From positions 49,166,001 through 49,230,000 of the forward strand of contig OX597823.1 of the NCBI GenBank assembly GCA_951406725.2: a DNA stretch of 64,000 nt. The letters are read 5' to 3'. The notes under the pieces were generated by a model that did not search any database, was not told the DNA's origin, and worked only from the letters and a program-made list of their open reading frames with translations. The position numbers were made by a program, and so were the translations under genes. Positions 63,502-64,000 of the stretch are shown here, piece by piece; positions within the stretch are counted from its first letter, which is position 1, and each line of letters opens with the position of its first letter. Source of the stretch: Octopus vulgaris. Taxonomy: Eukaryota.

Positions 63502-64000
63502 TCATCATCATCATTTAACGTCTGTTGTCCATGCTGGCATGGGTTGGATGGTTTGACCAGCGCTGGCAAAATGGGGAGCTGCACCGGACTCTAGACTGAT
63601 TTGACATTGTTTTTATGTTTGGATGTCCTTCCTAACACCAACCACGTTACAGAGTGTGCTGGGTGCTTTTACATGGCACTACAAGAATACTTTCACATGG
63701 CCACCACATGGATGCTGTTATGTGGTGTTGTGTGGGCACTTTTATGCGGCGCTGCATGGGCACTTTTACATGGCACTACCATGAGTACTTTTCGCCACTA
63801 GAGGAGTGTGAGTCTTCTTGAGTACAGCAAGGCACCAGAATTTCAGTGCTTTGTCATTTCCCCTGAAAGGTTCAGCATCTGAGATTGTTCTTCTGTACTT
63901 CATCATATGTCTTCCTGGGTCTCCCACTTCCACATGTTCCAGCTACTTTGAGAGATTGGCACTTCTTTATGGAACTGTTGTCAGCCATCCACATCACCTA
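63502..64000 (-). mobile_element. RTE LINE 3' end (ORF end + UTR), runs off the window
   Basis: (cat)n-ttaacgtctgttgtccatgctggcatggg tail; minus strand VAGTCGSGRPRKT. Confidence 0.8.

Overview
AT-rich, microsatellite-dense eukaryotic DNA. The SINE and LINE-tail families look like an octopus (coleoid cephalopod) genome; this is recognition, not a database result. No intact protein-coding gene, rRNA, tRNA or CRISPR array is supportable, and most of the ORF track is microsatellite or SINE artefact. The window is a layered transposon landscape: an R4/Dong-type restriction-endonuclease LINE in a (TAA)n tract; RTE LINE pieces and many RTE 3' tails; a Penelope-like RT + GIY-YIG relic; three modular tRNA-derived SINE families; non-autonomous Helitrons; and Tc1, mariner, maT-like and piggyBac relics and MITEs. 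The most notable structure is four unrelated short inserts (417-2020, 3054-3340, 24368-25460, 44447-44721). They share one geometry (two inverted copies, 3' ends outward, one arm extended), and each carries a minimal hammerhead-ribozyme-like motif with a different catalytic core, as expected of Penelope-like pseudo-LTRs. A few possible host exons exist but are low confidence. Repeat boundaries are approximate unless a TSD or terminus is cited.
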